DNA of 64,000 nucleotides, from contig NC_086382.1 of assembly GCF_036588685.1 (NCBI RefSeq), positions 46,810,001-46,874,000 of the forward strand, given 5' to 3'. This document shows, in pieces, positions 59,101 through 64,000 of the stretch; the first letter of the stretch is position 1, and each line of letters starts with the position of its first letter. The position numbers were made by a program, and so were the translations under genes. The notes under the pieces were generated by a model. That model did not search any database, had not been told where the DNA came from, and saw only the letters and a list, made by a program, of their open reading frames with translations. The stretch is from Mytilus trossulus. Its lineage: Eukaryota.

Positions 59101-61377
59101 TCAATTTAGTACCGTCTTCATACACAGCCTGACTTAGAACAGGTGCAAACAATTGCAGCCTGTTTAAACATTTTAATGTACCAGACCTTCACCCTTATCT
59201 AAAACAATAGTGTAACATCACAATATAGAAAGAAACACTAAAAAATATCAATTCTACACAGCAGATTATTCACAAGCTGAAATATCTTCTAAGTATGAAC
59301 TCTATATAGTAGAATTTATGAGCAGAAATATACTCTTAAGACTTTTGAAGATATAAATCTTGGATTATTCAATGTATGCAAAATGTACTGCAGCAAAATA
59401 TAATTGATGAACTGTATACCTGTATCACCTATATACCTAAATGATGTACAGCTCTAACTAAAATCAATAAGGCTAAGAAATGAAAACCTAATTATTCAGT
59501 CAAAAGTACAAGTTCATTGACAAAGAAAAGCCTTTAAGAACTAATTTCCCACAATAGATTTCACAGCCATTAACTGACCTTCAGTCTGTCCGACACAATA
59601 ACATTATCTATGGCAGTGGCATCTTAAACAAACAGTTATTAGGTATTGCCTACAGTCATCATTAATTCTTGCCCTCTCATTTTTTTTTATCAATTAAACA
59701 TTTCATACTTCATGGGTTTTATACATATATATATCATTAATAAAAAATATATGCTATTTATCTACATGCAGAATCAATTATTAAATTGAAATGTAGCTTA
59801 GCAAATTACATATAGATTTTAAATCAATACTATTCCGTAATCTTAACTTTGGCTGTTGGGAGCGACTGACACAGTTTCTACCCTGATTCCAGCCCACACT
59901 GTAACACAGTCAACTCCACTCCTTAATGCATCTTTCCTTTGAACCAGAGACTTCAACGGCTACAAGACACATATCACATCATAGTGCGTAAAAGGGAGTC
60001 AATGTGGACAGAATGCATCTATATATACTGCACCCACTGCACCAATGCATCATGCAACTAAATATTTGGTAAGTTAAAACTTTTTTTATCATCATATGTC
60101 ACTTAGCTCCAAATTTTTCATTGTGCATTTAATGATTTATTTGCAACATGAATTTTTTATACTTTTTTCTACCAGTTTAAATTGATATGTACTAACATAT
60201 ACAATACTGTTGGGGGAATATAATTGTTTGAATAGGGCAAAAGTAATGAGTGAAGATTTATACTGGATATAAATCAATACATACACTGATACTTTCAAAT
60301 GTCACAGGTCTTTTTCTGAAGCTTATTTGTGGGCGAGGACATTTTACACTTTATCTTCATTTACTGCTATTTATTGAAATAAGCCAACAGGCTTCAGATT
60401 TTGATTGTCTGAAAATTATCACATACATGAACTAAAACATGTGGATATTAAACAAGCTCAGTTTTATATATGCATTGTATAAAACATGGTTTCAATATAA
60501 TAAAGGAGATGTGGCATGATTGCCAATGAGACAACTGGCAACAAAGGAGCAAATGACACAGAAATTATCAACTATTTGTCACATTACAGCCTTCATCAAT
60601 GAGCAAAGCCCATAGTTTTTTATGAACTTTTAGGTCATCTTTAAGATGGATGACAAATTCTAACAAAAATGTATTCCATGCAGAAGATCTATTGGTACTT
60701 GGTATAAACATCATTGCTGTCCGATAGCTCAATTTGGTCAATGGGGAACAGAGAACACAATAACACATTGAACAAAAGGTCTTGCCCATATTTTTATGGT
60801 ACAACTCAATCTTTTGTGTTGCAATGAATTGTCTGTTGAAAAAAAAGGTCTGCCAGTATAATTTAGGAAACATCAAATCAGAAAAGTTTGCGTTGACCTG
60901 AAATAATTATTACCACCTGTTTGTAAATGTATATTGACTAATTTCAAATATTTTAGCTAACTTCTTCTTTCATTCGATATAAGTACTGTTAAATTAACTT
61001 CAAATATCAATGGAGATCTATTTAAGAGAGAAAACATAGAGTAGCCGCTCCATCTTGACCTCAATAAAATTACGAAACCAAAAAGACATTGATGTAATTT
61101 TTGTTGTTCCAACTTGTTTGGTCAATCCTCAGAATTTTCAATCAATTGAGATAAAATGGTGACTTCTTTTGAAGATTGAATTCCCTTTCTGTATTTAATC
61201 CAATTAGAATATCAATGTAACTCATTAACCATTAAGTCATATAGATCTAGGATATCATGACGATCTGAAGTCACACTGGTCAGATAGCTGGTATTTTAGG
61301 TCAAATTAAAGGTCAAGGTCATATTCTACAATAGGTCTCTCACTGGTACTTCACGACTTTTTAAAAAATAAGACAAT

Positions 61378-61846
61378 AAGAATGTGTCCAAAGTACACAA
61401 ATGCCCCACTCTCACTATCATTTTCCATGTTCAATGGACCATGAAATTGGATAAAAAATATAATAAGGCATTTAAATTAGAAAGATAATATCATAAGGAA
61501 CATGTGTACTAAGTTTCAAGTTGATTGGACTTCAACTTCATCAAAAACTACCTTGACCAAAAACTTTAACCTGAAACATGCACTTTCATTTTCTATGTTC
61601 AGTGGACCGTGAAATTGGGGTCAAAAGTTTAATTTGGTTTAAAAATTAGAAAGATCATATCATAAGGAACATGTGTACTAAGTTTCAAGTTGATTGGACT
61701 TCATTTCATCAAAAACTACCTTGACTAAAAACTTTAACCTGAAGTGGGACAGACAGACAGACAGACCGACGAACAGACAGATGGGCGAACGGACGCAGAG
61801 ACCAGAAAACATAATGCCCCTCTACTATCTTAGGTGGGGCATAAAA
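61378..61846 (-). mobile_element. HINE/DINE-like family with (GACA/GACG)n microsatellite; other copies at 9452-9685, 32186-32470, 32613-33103, ~40690-41390
   Basis: Shared ends acaagaatgtgtcc...atgcccc and accagaaaacataatgccc...ggggcataaaaa, with a ~180-bp internal unit duplicated. Copies 32186-32470 and 32613-33103 form an inverted pair in a SUPT3H intron. Confidence 0.75.
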
Positions 61847-63049
61847 ATCAAAGAAAATCTCAGTTACTTAATTAACATCTTGAAACCCAACTTCATATCC
61901 CATTGTAAAATAGTTGGATTCTCTGACAAAATAATAAGTCCTTGCTGAGTTTCAGAACAGATTCTACATTTGTTTAGCTCTTTGAGTTGGAAATGCAAAT
62001 TCAAAATGCACTTTTGTGATCATTTAAATAATTTTAATATAAATATTGCTTATGAATGTTAGGGCTTTTTCTTTAAATCTTAAAGATATAAACAAGAGGT
62101 AAATAATTTTCTCAGTTTGCACACTTTTATTCTAAATTTTCCTCTACCAATAATTTGCATACCACCTCTGGTGTATTACTCCGAATGATTGTTTACAAAT
62201 GCAAAAGGAAACATGTTTCCAACATACTATGTATACCAATCTGGAACACTTTTCTTTCTGCTTTTCAAGCTATGCAAAAACCTTCATATTATTTAATTAA
62301 CTCATAGCTTGTACTAAGGGAGGTAAATCCTTGTTATTTTTAACACTTTGTGAACTAATATGACCCTGGATTAATATTGTTTGATATTACATAACAAGCG
62401 TGTTTCTAATGAACTGAAATTTGACATTAGACTAACATATTCATATCACTCATACAAATTTAATGCATAAGAAATCTATTTTCTTCGAAATGACGAAAAC
62501 AAAAGGTAATCAATCATTAATTATTACAGTAATTTGAATCAATTAGACAGAAGGCCTTTTATTGAAAACTTGTTTCTACGATGACAGTTCATTAAAAATA
62601 GAAACAATGAGCAATATGTTCAACTATTATAGTACTGAATAAAAAAAAATTATGAACAGAAAGCTTCATTAATAACTTTCAAAAATAGACGTAAAAATAA
62701 TATTGTTTTAGGCATTTCATTTAATAATGAACATATTAATTATTTCTTAATTGATTGATTATGGAGTTAATTACTTTTATATGATTTCCATTTAATTCAA
62801 GAGTCATGAAGTATATATTCATAGTCATAAATATTTGTAACAGACATGTAAAAAAAAAATTTTGAAATAAGAATTTGAATATTTCTCACTGTTTTAGTTA
62901 TAAGTATATGTATATGTTTCTTTTTGTTTTAATTAATTGACTGATCTATAGAAAATTAATGATTCTAATATATACATCAACATCTCGTACAGCCATGAAA
63001 AGTGAAATGATAAAACCTGGAGATATATAGTATCCTAACTACCTGTTAG

Positions 63050-63411
63050 CCAATGACTAAGCCCCATATAAAAACCACAAGGCAGTTTTGGACACTCCTA
63101 GAACATATTATACAGTAAATACTCCTACCCTTTCTGACCCTTATTTCATCCAGCAAATCACTGAACCTCATACCGATTAAATCATATTGTGTGATCAACT
63201 TTTTTCAAATTTTAACACAAAAAGAGGAGTGAAGAAGACAAATTTTCAAAAATGGCGGGATGATTTGTAAATTGTAAAACAGGAAAACCACAGGAATCTG
63301 TGTGCATCATATTTACATCGAACATACAACAGAACTTTATTGTGAACCTAATCCAATGATTATTCATCTTACAGAAATTGTGTATCTATGTTGTAAAACT
63401 TGAGGACCACA
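63050..63411 (+). promoter_or_regulatory. Candidate promoter: CCAAT, TATA and three RUNX motifs (one flanked by ETS cores)
   Basis: ccaat 63050-63054; tataaaaa 63067-63074; ACCACA at 63074, 63287 (caggaaaaccacaggaa) and 63406; YY1-like aaaatggcgg at ~63249. Confidence 0.35.
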
Positions 63412-63733
63412 TTTTTAACTTCTGACTTTTCAATCACTCTACGAGCCTCCATATTGTTTTGGACAAAAAATTTCTGGATGATTACACGGGCAAAAGTGCA
63501 AATTGCATGGGATGAGCTGTCCCTTTTTGCCAGTAGGATTATAACAAAATGGAGTCATCTTTCTCAAACTGATAACAAGGATATCAAAGTCCATAAACAA
63601 TTTCTAAACAAGAATATACTTGCTTTTCCTGTTTTATGTGTCCAGGATGTTCTCTCAATAAGTAAATATTTTTTGGGGAAAAGTGAAAATTTGAAAATTT
63701 TGGAATAACTCTTTTATTCAACTCTAAATAAAA

Positions 63734-63773
63734 ATGATGGAAGATTTATCCCTTCTGGACCCTGACGAAACAG
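63734..63773 (+). CDS. Candidate first coding exon MMEDLSLLDPDET(G), antisense within the SUPT3H intron (possible Runx distal exon)
   Basis: aaaATG start context, 13 codons + 1 nt, then a strong donor CAG|GTAAGC. It lies downstream of the candidate promoter. No homology evidence. Confidence 0.35.
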
Positions 63774-64000
63774 GTAAGCTTTCAATGATAATTATTATTC
63801 TAAATAAAAATATTCTACTTTTTATTACTTGATTATGTAACACAAATAAAACTCTGATTGAGATACATGTACATGTACGTGCTAAAGTTTGATATTTTAT
63901 CATAGTGATCTTCTCGATCGCCAACTTCTTCTTTTTTTGACCATTCTGCATAGTCAGCAAAATTCCACATGATCTGTTTACCGATATTGCCACAAGTTAG

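Noticed and set aside
59977-60015. Candidate missing first SUPT3H exon ending ...ATG AT|GT on -
   Set aside because: The translation (SVHIDSLLRTMM) does not resemble the conserved F..E(I/L)Q.MM of Spt3, and the donor GTGATA is poor.

Overview
AT-rich eukaryotic DNA, probably a bivalve mollusc (Mytilus-like, inferred from the repeat families). Two spliced genes converge tail-to-tail. (i) A complete 10-exon, 389-aa orphan seven-transmembrane protein on + (12632-23264). (ii) SUPT3H/Spt3 on - (31471-52914; 13 candidate coding exons; the first coding exon was not found and probably lies beyond the right edge). The left part holds a full-length, apparently intact CR1/L2-group LINE (3949-9025, -). 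It has an SGNH-esterase ORF1, an ORF2 with a hydrophobic leader, a non-canonical 2A-like motif, PHD, APE and RT domains, a 3' stem-loop, an (AAG)n tail and a 7-bp TSD. Nearby are an RTE-X-like fragment and a decayed C-type lectin exon. Introns contain many MITEs (TTAA, TA and 6-bp TSD types), Helentron/HINE-like elements and hairpin elements. The most notable observations are: a 19-copy 94-bp array that reiterates the end of a SUPT3H exon with its splice donor; twin 63-nt LxxLL micro-exons in SUPT3H; a candidate antisense promoter and phase-1 first exon with clustered RUNX sites inside the SUPT3H 5' intron, reminiscent of the RUNX2-P1/SUPT3H interleaving; splice signals in the LINE inter-ORF spacer; and several local inverted duplications. 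Exon models and coordinates were derived by eye, without database searches.
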